Shown here: piece after piece, positions 51,210 through 61,675 of the stretch
Layout: every line of letters starts with the position of its first letter
Numbering within the stretch: position 1 is the stretch's first letter
Source: an uncultured Candidatus Saccharibacteria bacterium
Lineage (GTDB): Bacteria; Patescibacteriota; Doudnabacteria; UBA920
Reading direction: 5' to 3'
DNA: 64,000 nt
Assembly (NCBI GenBank): GCA_964600695.1
Contig: CAZRKK010000003.1
Span: 86,914 to 150,913, forward strand
Program-made: the position numbers and the translations under genes
The notes under the pieces: generated by a model
Databases searched by the model: none
What the model was told of the DNA's origin: nothing
Seen by the model: only the letters and a program-made list of their open reading frames with translations

Positions 51210-52526
51210 ATGTACGAAACTAAGAATGTCATCTTTAATGAAGAACGTGCACTAGAGGTTTTTACTCTTCTGTGCGAACAATGGGAACAGCAGTCGTGGT
51301 TGTTTAAAGATATCGTCTTACCAGAAGATCAATTTGGTTACTGGATGGACGGTGTAACTCCCGAAGCGCGAGCTCACTGGTTGTTTATTGCTGCACTGCC
51401 ACAACGCGGCGGGGTGATGGCAGAAGATCCTTTCACGCCGCTCTGGGCGTTGTATAAAAAACATCCAGGATTGTATGATCCGAAAGAATTTGTTGATCCT
51501 AAAAAATGGACTATTCGAAAGATCACCAATGCAATTAATAGAGTGTCTCCGTTAATTGGCAAATCAAAACCGGCTGGTGAAAGACAAGCTCATGCTTTGG
51601 GTTATAAACTCGAACAGCACGCTGCCGCTTGGAAACACAACATGGCCATGGTAGCGAATCGCTTTGATTCCAATATCCTAAATCTGTTCAAACAAGTCGA
51701 GCATCTTCCCGAAGAAGATCGTTTTGAAGCATCCTTTGCTTTAATCGATAACAAACTTCGTGATGATGGAATTATTGGAATGCGTCGAAAAATTTTCTCT
51801 TTGTTTATCATCTGGTTGCAAAAAGAAAAATTGATTAGCGACTTTCCTTGTCCAATCCCAGTAGACTTTCACGCTCTTCGAGTATTGTTGGCTACCGATA
51901 TCGTCACACTCAAAGATCTGAAAGTTGTAACAGGTTTAGATGACGGCACAGAAAAACATCTTAAAGCTTTAATGGGCTTTGAGTATAAGCGTGTTTCGGA
52001 TGGAATCATTACAGATATTGCCCAGTGGACGAACAAATTTTTGTATCGTCACGGCTTGTCACATTTACATCTCAACCCTGCATTGTGGGTGTTGAGTCGT
52101 GAATTATGTGCTGCTCATCCACAGAACACTGCTTATAAAGGTAATTCGCTGTATCTATTGGCAAAGGATTTTGAGAATGGATTAAAATCTTTTGGGATCA
52201 AGACTTCAAAATCACTCTGTGGTTTTTGTCCCATTCAAAGTTATTGTGAATATGCCGTGCCTTCCAAAACTTATTACAAAGCGGGAAGTTTGGTGAAGAT
52301 TGAAAGAGCCAAAAATCTTGCTTGCTATACTGTGCCAGCAACATTGTTTGGAACCCACGAAGATTTTTTCCCTTTTAAAGGTAAGAAACATTCGAGGAGT
52401 AAGGCTCAGGATATGACACAACATGTTGGTAATGGTACTGATTTTAAGTACCATATCCCGCAAGTAAAAAGAGATTTAGGAGAGGAGCATGTTCAATCAG
52501 GTTTCTGGGATGACTTTGTAGACTAG
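51210..52526 (+). CDS. divergent HhH-GPD superfamily (endonuclease III-like) DNA glycosylase-like protein with Cys cluster
   Basis: GIIGMRRKIFSLFI (HhH-like) followed by PIPVDFHALRV (compare EndoIII VDTHIFRV, Asp-containing) and C-x2-C-x5-C CGFCPIQSYC; GC higher than neighbours. Confidence 0.35.
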   Translation: MYETKNVIFNEERALEVFTLLCEQWEQQSWLFKDIVLPEDQFGYWMDGVTPEARAHWLFIAALPQRGGVMAEDPFTPLWALYKKHPGLYDPKEFVDPKKWTIRKITNAINRVSPLIGKSKPAGERQAHALGYKLEQHAAAWKHNMAMVANRFDSNILNLFKQVEHLPEEDRFEASFALIDNKLRDDGIIGMRRKIFSLFIIWLQKEKLISDFPCPIPVDFHALRVLLATDIVTLKDLKVVTGLDDGTEKHLKALMGFEYKRVSDGIITDIAQWTNKFLYRHGLSHLHLNPALWVLSRELCAAHPQNTAYKGNSLYLLAKDFENGLKSFGIKTSKSLCGFCPIQSYCEYAVPSKTYYKAGSLVKIERAKNLACYTVPATLFGTHEDFFPFKGKKHSRSKAQDMTQHVGNGTDFKYHIPQVKRDLGEEHVQSGFWDDFVD

Positions 52527-52548
52527 GTTTGTATAGGGGGTAATTAGC

Positions 52549-53574
52549 ATGGGAGAAAAATGGGCCCGCCTCGAAACAGTTATTCGAGATGTTGGTTTAG
52601 TAAAAGAAAATGCGGTTAGAATTTTTCTAATCAAAAATGACGGCAGTGTCGAGATTATTGACAATGAAAATTGTCGGTTAGATGTTGTGGCTGTCGTAGG
52701 TCCGTACAAAGATGGAAAGTGGGATTTAGAAGAAGCTGTGTTATTGGAAATTGGGTTAAACAGAACTCGGCCATATAACGAGGTTCATATTCCTACTGAT
52801 CTTCGCAAAATAGGTGAACCGCAAAATTTTACAATTCGGTTCCATGGTTTGCATCTTACACCAAAGCAATATTTACTTGTCGCTCCTTACATTTTTGAGT
52901 ATTTGGAATCTCGGGCAGCTGCCCAAATTTCTACTCGTAAAGATGGGTGGGAGCCATACAAGGTTAAAGCATTGGGAAAACATAATTCTAGTGATCAATT
53001 GTTAAAAGCGTTCTTGGGACGAAGAGGGAGGCTGGTTACCGGAAAACTAAAATACGAAGTTCCTCCATTGGTTAGGTTTAGTGCCCGCATGACGGATAAA
53101 TTATTTATCAGTGATATTTATTGGGCTGAATTATTCGGAAATCAAAAAGTACAAGACCAGCTGAAAGGTTTAGGTAGAGAGATTCAAACCCTGCTGAACA
53201 CTGCTTTAAGAAAAACCCGATCAACACCAAAAGATTGGAGAACAAATAAATTTTTCAATCTTGCGATGATAAAATTTGATCGTTTTAGTATGTCTTACGG
53301 TGATAGCTTAGGTCGAGATCGTTCTTATCTGCAAAAAATCTTACTGAGGGATCATGTTGGAGAAAGGCATTATTTCTTTGATGAGATCGCAAGTAGATTA
53401 GGGTGGGTCTGGAACGAACCAATCAGTGAAGAACAGTTAGCTTTAGAATCATTACCCAATCCTGAGGCAAGATTAGGGGGGGTTCAGTTAAAAGTTTGGA
53501 GAATCATTAAGAATCAACTGACCTTCGACTTATATCCTCGAAAACCAGAAGATGAGGATGAAATCCCGTTTTAG
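52549..53574 (+). CDS. hypothetical protein (341 aa), co-oriented partner of the glycosylase-like gene
   Basis: RBS GGGGGT then ATG; no motifs recognised by eye; terminator directly after stop. Confidence 0.4.
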   Translation: MGEKWARLETVIRDVGLVKENAVRIFLIKNDGSVEIIDNENCRLDVVAVVGPYKDGKWDLEEAVLLEIGLNRTRPYNEVHIPTDLRKIGEPQNFTIRFHGLHLTPKQYLLVAPYIFEYLESRAAAQISTRKDGWEPYKVKALGKHNSSDQLLKAFLGRRGRLVTGKLKYEVPPLVRFSARMTDKLFISDIYWAELFGNQKVQDQLKGLGREIQTLLNTALRKTRSTPKDWRTNKFFNLAMIKFDRFSMSYGDSLGRDRSYLQKILLRDHVGERHYFFDEIASRLGWVWNEPISEEQLALESLPNPEARLGGVQLKVWRIIKNQLTFDLYPRKPEDEDEIPF

Positions 53575-53606
53575 TCGACTTATTGCAAGTCGACTTTTTT
53601 ATTTAC
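53575..53606 (+). terminator. Rho-independent terminator
   Basis: Palindrome gtcgac-ttattgcaa-gtcgac + TTTTTT. Confidence 0.6.
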
Positions 53607-53654
53607 TCATTTTTACCGAAATTGTTAAGTATTTTTCAATATTCTCGTGTTATT

Positions 53655-53763
53655 AGAAATCTAGAAGTTTTATCAAACGAAACCATATGAGCCCAAATCC
53701 CCATCTGCGAAGCAGATTAGGGGATTGTTGCGAATTGGTTGAGGTGGTAAACTTCTAGATTTC
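53655..53763. repeat. perfect 15-bp inverted repeat (gaaatctagaagttt / aaacttctagatttc) enclosing an internal 13-bp hairpin
   Basis: Arms at 53656-53670 and 53749-53763; internal aatccccatctgc-gaa-gcagat(ta)ggggatt at ~53692-53726. Confidence 0.5.
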
Positions 53764-53794
53764 ATGATAATCCAGAGAAAATCTTGAAAAATAC

Positions 53795-53822
53795 TTGACA
53801 AGATTTTCTTGACAGTTATAAT
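53795..53822 (+). promoter_or_regulatory. consensus sigma-70 promoter (TTGACA-N16-TATAAT) for rpoBC
   Basis: Perfect -35 and -10 hexamers; gives a ~290-nt leader before the rpoB ATG. Confidence 0.6.
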
Positions 53823-54120
53823 GAATTTGTGAACAAAATTATAGGAAATTAAGGCAAGTTTTGAAGCCCTTTTTTGCGTACGGCAAGAATGGGGGTCTTT
53901 TTTTTCTAAAAACTTAATATTTTACCTTTTTCTAGACTATTGGCGGCACCTCCTCTTTTATATATATTCACGTATTAAAACAAAAACCCGCTTATTTTAG
54001 TCTTTTTTTGTCGCCCAAGCTGCTGATAGCTGGAGGTTGACCCGACTAAAACTTTTACAAAAATTTAGCATTAAATAACCCTTTTTCTGCAGAAATATGG
54101 GTTAGGAAGTCATACTCTAG

Positions 54121-57100
54121 ATGCCTACCGAGAATAAACCAAAAACCTCTGGCAAGAAGGTCTCCAAAGCCATTGGTAGCGTAGTTGTGCCTGGTCAAAC
54201 TGCCAATCCGCGTAAGTTTTTTAGCAAGCGCCACGACGCTGTCAAAATGCCGAACCTAATTGAGGTTCAGCTGAATTCATACAAATGGTTCTTTGAGCAC
54301 GGTCTTAAAGAATTATTAGCTGAAATCAACCCAATTCATGATTTCACTAGCAAGAACTTAGAACTTTATTTTGGAGATTACTTCTTCGATAAACCTAAGT
54401 ATGACGAAATCACTGCCCGAGAAAGAAACACCACCTACGAAGCTCCTCTATATGTAAGCGCTAAGTTGGTTAACAAGGTTACAGGTAAGACTAAAACCCA
54501 AGATGTATATTTTGGTGATTTTCCATTGATGACTCCTCGTGGAACATTAGTAATCAATGGAGTAGAACGTGTAGTTGTATCTCAGTTGATTAAGTCACCT
54601 GGGGTTTTCTTCACAACTGAGTATGCAAAAGGTAAAGATTTATACGGCGCAAAGATTGTTCCTAACCGCGGTGCTTGGTTAGAGCTCGACACAGATACTT
54701 CTGGAGTAATCGGAGTAAAGATCGACCGTAAGCGTCGTATCCCTGTTACTGCTTTACTACGTATTTTTGGATTAAAGACTAATGAACAAATTCTAGAGGC
54801 CTTCAAAGATGTCGATACTAATCCAGAAGTTAAATACATCCAAAATACTTTAGACAAAGATGCTTCTACTAATGCTGATGAAGGTTATAAAGAAGTTTAC
54901 AAACGTATTCGTCCTGGAGATTTAGCAACAGTTGATAACGCTCGCTCTTTAATTGATGCGATGTTCTTTAACTTTGATCGTTATGATATTTCCGAAGTTG
55001 GACGTTACAAATTTAATCAACGTTTGGAATTCCCAGAAGACCATGACTCTCGCATTTTGAGTCAAGAAGATATGGTTGCTGTAGTCAAAGAAATTATCAA
55101 ACTAAACAACACTGGCGCTCCTGCAGATGATATTGATCACTTAGCTAACCGTCGTATTCGTGCAGTTGGTGAACTTATTCAAACTCGTTACCGTGTAGGT
55201 TTGGCTCGTATGGCTCGTATTAGTAAAGATCGTATGTCTTTGGCTGATCTAGAAACTGTCACACCAGCTCAACTTATTCACGTTCGTCCAATTGTGGCTG
55301 CTACTCAAGAGTTCTTCTCTTCTTCTCAATTATCACAGTTCATGGACCAAACCAACCCGTTGGCAGAACTCGAACACAAACGTCGTTTATCCGCGATGGG
55401 TCCTGGTGGGCTTTCTCGTGAACGCGCTGGTTTCGAAGTTCGTGACGTACACCGTTCTCATTACGGTCGTCTATGTCCGATTACCACTCCTGAAGGTCCA
55501 AACATTGGACTTGTTGCTCACTTAGCAACTTATGCTCGTATTAATGATTTTGGTTTTATTGAAACTCCATATCAGCTTGTTAAGCGTTTCGCTAAAAATG
55601 ACGGTAAGGATGCAGTAGGTGAATTCGCTCTATATGATATAAAAGATGGTGATTCTGTTGTGGTTTCTGCTGGTACAAAAATGACCGAAGCAGATGCGAA
55701 GAAACTTCAGAAAATTCAAGATTTAGACAAGGTTCAAGTTAAGAGTCGTCTTACCAAAGACACTAAGTTTATGGATGCTTATGAAGAAGAAAAACTTACC
55801 ATTGGAACTGCTAACTTAGAAGTTGATGAAAATGGTTACTTTACCGAAGAACGTGCTTCGGTTCGTGTTCACGGTACTCCAACAATTACTGATATTGATC
55901 AAATCGATTGTATTGATATTTCTCCAAAGCAAATTATTTCTGTAACAACATCATTGATTCCTTTCTTGGAACACGATGATGCTAACCGTGCTTTGATGGG
56001 ATCAAACATGCAACGTCAAGCTGTATCTTGTATCGTACCTCGCGCTCCAATTGTGGGAACTGGTATGGAAGCAAAAGCAGCTCGTGATTCTGGACAGGTT
56101 ATTTTAGCCGAAGAAAATGGAACTGTAACCTCTGTAGGTAGTGGAAAGATCGTTATGAAAGGCGAGTCTGGAAAAACTTACGAATACACTTTACTTAAAT
56201 TCGTTCGTACAAACAGTGGAACATCTTTGAACCAGGTTGCTCGTGTCGATAAAGGCATGAAAGTAAAAGCTGGTGATGTTCTTGCTGATGGTACTTCTAC
56301 TCAACATGGCGAATTAGCCCTAGGTCAAAACGTACTTGTTGCGTTCATGTCTTGGGAAGGTGGTAACTATGAAGATGCGATTTTACTATCTAGCCGTTTA
56401 GTACAAGATGACTACTATACTTCTGTTCATATTGAAGATTTCAAAATTGATGTGCGTGATACCAAGCTTGGACCAGAAGTTGTAACTCGTGATATTCCAA
56501 ATGTTGGTGATGAAAAACTTAAGAACCTAGATGACGAAGGCATTATCCGTGTTGGTGCTCAAGTTAAAGCCGGCGATATCTTAGTTGGAAAAATTACTCC
56601 AAAAGGTGAAACCGATCTTACTGCAGAAGAAAAACTATTACGGGTTATCTTTGGTGAAAAGTCTCGTGATGTAAAAGACACTTCTCTTAATTTGCCTCAT
56701 GGCGAATACGGTAAAGTTGTAAACATTCGTGAATTCTCTCGTGAAGCTGGTGATAAACTTCAAAGCGGTGTAATTCGATCTATTCAAGTATCTATTGCTG
56801 TACTTCGTAAAATTCAAGTTGGAGATAAAATGGCTGGACGTCACGGTAATAAAGGTGTTATCTCTCGTATCATTCCTGTAGAAGACATGCCTTACATGGC
56901 TGACGGTACATCTGTAGATGTAATCTTAAACCCATTAGGTATTGTATCTCGTATGAACTTAGGACAGGTTTTGGAAACCCACTTAGGTTTTGCAGCAAGC
57001 AAACTTGGTTATAAAGTTGCGACTCCGGTATTGGATGGATTAACCGAAGACCAAATTAAAGATGAATTAGAAAAAGCTGGTGTACCTCGTACAGGAAAAG

Positions 57101-57660
57101 TTGATCTTTATGACGGAAAAACTGGTGATAAGTTTGATGAACCTGTAACTGTTGGTGTGAAGTACATGTTGAAGCTTCATCACTTAGTAGACGACAAGAT
57201 GCACGCACGTTCTACTGGACCATACTCCTTAATTACACAACAGCCTTTGGGTGGTAAAGCTCAAATGGGTGGACAGCGTTTTGGAGAAATGGAAGTATGG
57301 GCGCTAGAAGGTTATGGTGCCGCTCATACTCTACAAGAAATGTTGACTATCAAATCAGATGACGTTGTAGGTCGAAGTAAGACTTACGAATCGATTGTAA
57401 AAGGTGAACCAATCAAAAAGCCTAACGTTCCAGAATCATTCCGTGTATTAGTTAAAGAATTACAAAGCTTAGGTCTAGATGTGGAATTGCTAGGCGAAAG
57501 TGGTGCGGTAATGAGTGCTACGGCTGAACCCGACGTAGATCCGGATAATCCTCAAGATCCAAGTGTAGATAGTCAGACCCCTGTAGGAGTCGTACAGAGT
57601 GGTCCTTCGTTGTTTGACGAACCAGCTAAGCCTGCAAAGGCCAAGAAGAAAAAGGAATAA
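54121..57660 (+). CDS. rpoB: DNA-directed RNA polymerase subunit beta
   Basis: 1179 aa; conserved blocks throughout (e.g. rifampicin-cluster region, catalytic NADFDGD partner regions). Confidence 0.95.
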   Translation: MPTENKPKTSGKKVSKAIGSVVVPGQTANPRKFFSKRHDAVKMPNLIEVQLNSYKWFFEHGLKELLAEINPIHDFTSKNLELYFGDYFFDKPKYDEITARERNTTYEAPLYVSAKLVNKVTGKTKTQDVYFGDFPLMTPRGTLVINGVERVVVSQLIKSPGVFFTTEYAKGKDLYGAKIVPNRGAWLELDTDTSGVIGVKIDRKRRIPVTALLRIFGLKTNEQILEAFKDVDTNPEVKYIQNTLDKDASTNADEGYKEVYKRIRPGDLATVDNARSLIDAMFFNFDRYDISEVGRYKFNQRLEFPEDHDSRILSQEDMVAVVKEIIKLNNTGAPADDIDHLANRRIRAVGELIQTRYRVGLARMARISKDRMSLADLETVTPAQLIHVRPIVAATQEFFSSSQLSQFMDQTNPLAELEHKRRLSAMGPGGLSRERAGFEVRDVHRSHYGRLCPITTPEGPNIGLVAHLATYARINDFGFIETPYQLVKRFAKNDGKDAVGEFALYDIKDGDSVVVSAGTKMTEADAKKLQKIQDLDKVQVKSRLTKDTKFMDAYEEEKLTIGTANLEVDENGYFTEERASVRVHGTPTITDIDQIDCIDISPKQIISVTTSLIPFLEHDDANRALMGSNMQRQAVSCIVPRAPIVGTGMEAKAARDSGQVILAEENGTVTSVGSGKIVMKGESGKTYEYTLLKFVRTNSGTSLNQVARVDKGMKVKAGDVLADGTSTQHGELALGQNVLVAFMSWEGGNYEDAILLSSRLVQDDYYTSVHIEDFKIDVRDTKLGPEVVTRDIPNVGDEKLKNLDDEGIIRVGAQVKAGDILVGKITPKGETDLTAEEKLLRVIFGEKSRDVKDTSLNLPHGEYGKVVNIREFSREAGDKLQSGVIRSIQVSIAVLRKIQVGDKMAGRHGNKGVISRIIPVEDMPYMADGTSVDVILNPLGIVSRMNLGQVLETHLGFAASKLGYKVATPVLDGLTEDQIKDELEKAGVPRTGKVDLYDGKTGDKFDEPVTVGVKYMLKLHHLVDDKMHARSTGPYSLITQQPLGGKAQMGGQRFGEMEVWALEGYGAAHTLQEMLTIKSDDVVGRSKTYESIVKGEPIKKPNVPESFRVLVKELQSLGLDVELLGESGAVMSATAEPDVDPDNPQDPSVDSQTPVGVVQSGPSLFDEPAKPAKAKKKKE

Positions 57661-57663
57661 TAT

Positions 57664-60600
57664 ATGTTCACACAAACCGAAGAATTTAAAGGCGTTAAGA
57701 TCAAATTAGCGTCTCCAGAGACAATCTTAGGATGGTCTCATGGTGAAGTTACCAAACCAGAAACAATTAACTATCGTACTCAGCGTCCAGAAAAAGAAGG
57801 TCTTTTCGATGAAAAGATTTTTGGTCCGATTCGTGACTGGGAATGTTACTGTGGTAAATACAAGCGTATTCGTTACAAGAATATTGTTTGTGATAAATGT
57901 GGTGTAGAAGTTACTAAGAGCAGTGTTCGTCGTGAACGTATGGGTCATATCCAATTGGCTGTACCTGTTGCTCATATTTGGTTTTTGCGAAGCGTACCAT
58001 CCCGTTTAGGTTTGGTATTAGACCTTGGTGTTCAAGAACTTGAACGCTTGGTTTATTTTGCTGCTTACATTATTACTGGTGTAGACGAAGAAGCTCGCGC
58101 CGCAACACTTGAACAAATCGAAAATGAATTTAAAGGTAAGAAGAAAGAAATCGAAACTCGTTACGAAACACTCTTAGCTAAAACTAAAACTCAGCTCGGC
58201 CAAGATTTAAAAGGTGATGCTGATGTAAAAGAAGCTAAGATTGATGCCGAAACCACAGCTATCAAAGATATGTGGGCTAAAGAAATCGAGAATCTAGAAG
58301 CTATCCGCGATCAAGCTCGTAGTGAACTTAAGAGCATCAAAAAGATGCAGATCATTTCCGAACTTGCATACCGTGATCTTTCTCTTAAGTATGGACAAGT
58401 CTTTACTGCCGGAATTGGTGCCGAAGCCCTTCAAGGTCTATTAGAAGAAGTTAACTTAGAAGAACTTGCTACCGAACTAGAAGGCCAGTTAAAAACTGCC
58501 GAAGGTCAGGCTGCTAAAAAGTTAACTCGCCGTTTGAAGTTAATGAAGTCATTGGTTCGTTCTGGGGTTCGTCCAGAATGGATGTTGATTAAACACCTTC
58601 CTGTTATCCCACCAGATTTACGTCCTATGGTGCAATTGGATGGTGGTCGCTTTGCGACTTCCGATTTGAACGATTTATACCGTCGTGTCATTAACCGTAA
58701 CAATCGTCTAAAGAAACTTTTGGAAATTAAATCTCCAGAAGTAATTACTCGAAACGAAAAACGTATGTTGCAAGAAGCGGTTGATGCTCTTATCGACAAC
58801 TCTGTTCGTCATGGTAAAGAGGTTACTGCAAGTACTGGTCAAAAGCGCAAACTTCGTTCTTTGGCAGACATGCTTAAAGGTAAGCAAGGTCGGTTCCGTC
58901 AGAACTTGCTTGGTAAGCGTGTAGACTATTCTGGACGTTCAGTTATTGTAGTTGGACCTAACTTAAAACTTCATCAATGTGGTTTACCAAAAGCTATGGC
59001 TTTGGAATTATTCAAACCATTTGTTATCTCTAAATTAATTTCTCGTGAATTTGCACACAACGTACGTAGTGCTAATCGTTTAATCGAACAAGCTCGTACC
59101 GAAGTTTGGGATATCCTAGAAGAAGTTAGCAAGGATCACTATGTATTACTTAACCGTGCTCCGACCTTGCATAGACTTGGTTTCCAAGCTTTCCAACCAG
59201 TATTGATTGAAGGAAAAGCTATACAACTTCACCCTATGGTATGTGCTGCGTTCAACGCCGACTTCGATGGTGACCAGATGGCTGTTCATGTTCCTTTAAC
59301 TGATGCTGCCCAAAAAGAAGCTAAAGAGATTATGGTATCTAGCCATAACTTGCTTAAGCCTGCATCAGGTGATGCGGTAATGACTCCAGCGCAAGACGTT
59401 GTGGTAGGTTGTTACTATATTACAACTATCCGTGATGGCCTTAAAGGTGAAGGTAAAGTCTTCAGCGATCGCGACGAAGCTATTATGGCTTACAACAACA
59501 AGTTTATTCACTTGCAAGCTAAGATCAAGCTACGTATTGAATCTGGTGAAATTATCGAAACTTGCGTGGGTCGAATTATCTTTAACAAGATTCTTCCTGC
59601 TGAATTCGAATATCGCAATATTGCTTTCGACAAAAAAGCTTTACAAGCTTTGGTTCGTGAATCTTACCGTGCTTATGGTTTAGATAGCACTGCTGAATTA
59701 ATCGACGAAATCAAGCGTATTGGTTTCACTTACATGAAGCAGTCTGGTATTTCTTGGGGTATGGATGACCTTACAGTACCTGATACTAAATATGGTTTAT
59801 TAGCAGCTGCCGATAAAGAAGTTCAGATTACTCAAGAACAATTCTTAGAAGGTTTGTTAACCGAAGAAGAACGTTATGGTCGTGTAGTAGAAATTTGGGG
59901 TGATGCTTCTGCGAAGATCGCGAAGGATGTGGTTGGAACAGTATTACCTCACTCTAGTGTGAACTATTTCGTATCTAGTGGTGCTCGTGGTTCTTTCTCT
60001 CAGATTACTCAGATGTCTGGACTTAAAGGTTTAGTGGTAAACCCTGGTGGTCGTACTATTGAGTTGCCAATTCGTGGCTCTTTCAAAGAAGGAATCGACA
60101 TTTTGGAATATTTCATCTCTACTCACGGAAGTCGAAAAGGTATGAGTGATACTGCGTTGCGTACTGCGGATGCTGGTTATCTAACCCGTCGTTTGGTAGA
60201 CGTTGCCCAGGATGTAGTTATTAACGCCGAAGATTGCGGTACTAAAGATTATGATGTAATTAGCCGAGCAGAAAGTGAAGCTATGAATCAATCTTTCGAA
60301 CGTCGCTTATTTGGTCGTGTAACTGCCGAAGACATCAAAGGTAAGGATGGTAATGTATTAGTAAAGAAGAATCATGGTATTGATGAACATGAAGCTATAG
60401 AAATTGCCGAAACAGATGTTCAAGAAATTAAGTGTCGTAGCGTATTAAAATGTAAATTAGTTCGTGGTGTTTGTCGCCAATGTTACGGATTCGATCTTGG
60501 TTTCAACCGCATGGTAGAACTTGGTGCTGCTGCAGGAATTGTAGCTGCTCAAGCTATTGGTGAACCGGGAACTCAGTTAACAATGAGAACCTTCCATACT

Positions 60601-61536
60601 GGTGGATCGGCTTCTGTAAGCGACATTACTCAAGGGTTGCCTCGTGTAGAAGAATTATTCGAAGCTCGTGAACCAAAAGGTATGGCTACAATAGCCGAGA
60701 TCGCAGGTAAAGTTTCTATTATACAATCTTCTAGTCGCGAAAATATTATTCGTGTCGAAGGCCAAGATGCTAAAGCAGATACAATTACTATTCCAGCTGG
60801 TAGCGAAATTCTAATCAAAGACGGAAGTAATGTAGAAGCAGGGGATGGTTTGTATAACGATCCATCTGGTGTGTTAGCAAAAGCTCCTGTAACTGGAATC
60901 GTTAAGGTGACTGATGGTCAAATTAAGCTGGTTCACGAAAGTGATGACTTAATTGAATATGTTGTACCTTCTGGATTTACTCTATTAGTTAAAGATGGTG
61001 ACTTAGTATATGCTGGTCAGCCTTTGACTGAAGGTAACTTGAGCCCAAATAAGATTTTGGAACTTCAAGGAACTCAAGCTGCTCAGAAGTATATTGTAAA
61101 AGAAGTTCAAGATATTTACGGATCTCAAGGTCAGCAAATTCACGATAAGCATATCGAAGTTATTGTTCGCCAAATGTTTAGCAAGATGCGCGTAACTAAT
61201 AATAGTGATACAGATTTGGTACTAGGTGATGTTCTTGATAAGTCTAAAATGCAAGAAATCAACGAACAGTTAGCTGCTGATGGCCGTGGCTTAGTAGAAG
61301 CAGAGCAACTTTTGATGGGGATAACTAAGATTTCCTTATCCACAGAAAGCTTCTTAGCTGCCGCATCCTTCCAAGAAACAACCCGTGTGTTAATCGAAGC
61401 TGCCGTTACTGGTAAAACTGATTATCTAAAGGGTCTTAAAGAAAACGTTATTATTGGTAAGTTAATTCCAGCAGGAACAGGGTTTAATCCTGATATTGCT
61501 AAGGAAAATCAGCGAACTGCTGAGTTACCTATCTAA
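57664..61536 (+). CDS. rpoC: DNA-directed RNA polymerase subunit beta'
   Basis: Zn-finger [20 protein letters not shown], catalytic NADFDGDQM, trigger loop; 3-nt gap after rpoB. Confidence 0.95.
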   Translation: MFTQTEEFKGVKIKLASPETILGWSHGEVTKPETINYRTQRPEKEGLFDEKIFGPIRDWECYCGKYKRIRYKNIVCDKCGVEVTKSSVRRERMGHIQLAVPVAHIWFLRSVPSRLGLVLDLGVQELERLVYFAAYIITGVDEEARAATLEQIENEFKGKKKEIETRYETLLAKTKTQLGQDLKGDADVKEAKIDAETTAIKDMWAKEIENLEAIRDQARSELKSIKKMQIISELAYRDLSLKYGQVFTAGIGAEALQGLLEEVNLEELATELEGQLKTAEGQAAKKLTRRLKLMKSLVRSGVRPEWMLIKHLPVIPPDLRPMVQLDGGRFATSDLNDLYRRVINRNNRLKKLLEIKSPEVITRNEKRMLQEAVDALIDNSVRHGKEVTASTGQKRKLRSLADMLKGKQGRFRQNLLGKRVDYSGRSVIVVGPNLKLHQCGLPKAMALELFKPFVISKLISREFAHNVRSANRLIEQARTEVWDILEEVSKDHYVLLNRAPTLHRLGFQAFQPVLIEGKAIQLHPMVCAAFNADFDGDQMAVHVPLTDAAQKEAKEIMVSSHNLLKPASGDAVMTPAQDVVVGCYYITTIRDGLKGEGKVFSDRDEAIMAYNNKFIHLQAKIKLRIESGEIIETCVGRIIFNKILPAEFEYRNIAFDKKALQALVRESYRAYGLDSTAELIDEIKRIGFTYMKQSGISWGMDDLTVPDTKYGLLAAADKEVQITQEQFLEGLLTEEERYGRVVEIWGDASAKIAKDVVGTVLPHSSVNYFVSSGARGSFSQITQMSGLKGLVVNPGGRTIELPIRGSFKEGIDILEYFISTHGSRKGMSDTALRTADAGYLTRRLVDVAQDVVINAEDCGTKDYDVISRAESEAMNQSFERRLFGRVTAEDIKGKDGNVLVKKNHGIDEHEAIEIAETDVQEIKCRSVLKCKLVRGVCRQCYGFDLGFNRMVELGAAAGIVAAQAIGEPGTQLTMRTFHTGGSASVSDITQGLPRVEELFEAREPKGMATIAEIAGKVSIIQSSSRENIIRVEGQDAKADTITIPAGSEILIKDGSNVEAGDGLYNDPSGVLAKAPVTGIVKVTDGQIKLVHESDDLIEYVVPSGFTLLVKDGDLVYAGQPLTEGNLSPNKILELQGTQAAQKYIVKEVQDIYGSQGQQIHDKHIEVIVRQMFSKMRVTNNSDTDLVLGDVLDKSKMQEINEQLAADGRGLVEAEQLLMGITKISLSTESFLAAASFQETTRVLIEAAVTGKTDYLKGLKENVIIGKLIPAGTGFNPDIAKENQRTAELPI

Positions 61537-61555
61537 AAATAATATTTCCAGAAGA

Positions 61556-61582
61556 AAAGACGCCATATGGCGTCTTTTTTCT
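61556..61582 (+). terminator. Rho-independent terminator after rpoC
   Basis: Hairpin agacgcc-atat-ggcgtct + TTTTTT. Confidence 0.85.
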
Positions 61583-61675
61583 TTACAAAACAGTAAAAGT
61601 CTGCTATAATAATAGTAATTAAATTGATATACAACTTTGCCAGAGTAGTGAATTTGTATAAGGAAACAAAAACAA

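Noticed and set aside
53694-53762. 22-codon ORF (MSPNPHLRSRLGDCCELVEVVNF) inside the inverted-repeat element
   Set aside because: There is no RBS and it coincides with the hairpin structure, so it is more likely non-coding.
5455-61536. Numerous 60-100-aa antisense or alternative-frame ORFs inside gyrA, polA, uvrB, rpoB, rpoC and other long genes
   Set aside because: They are embedded in strongly supported conserved genes and lack start signals, so they are six-frame artefacts.
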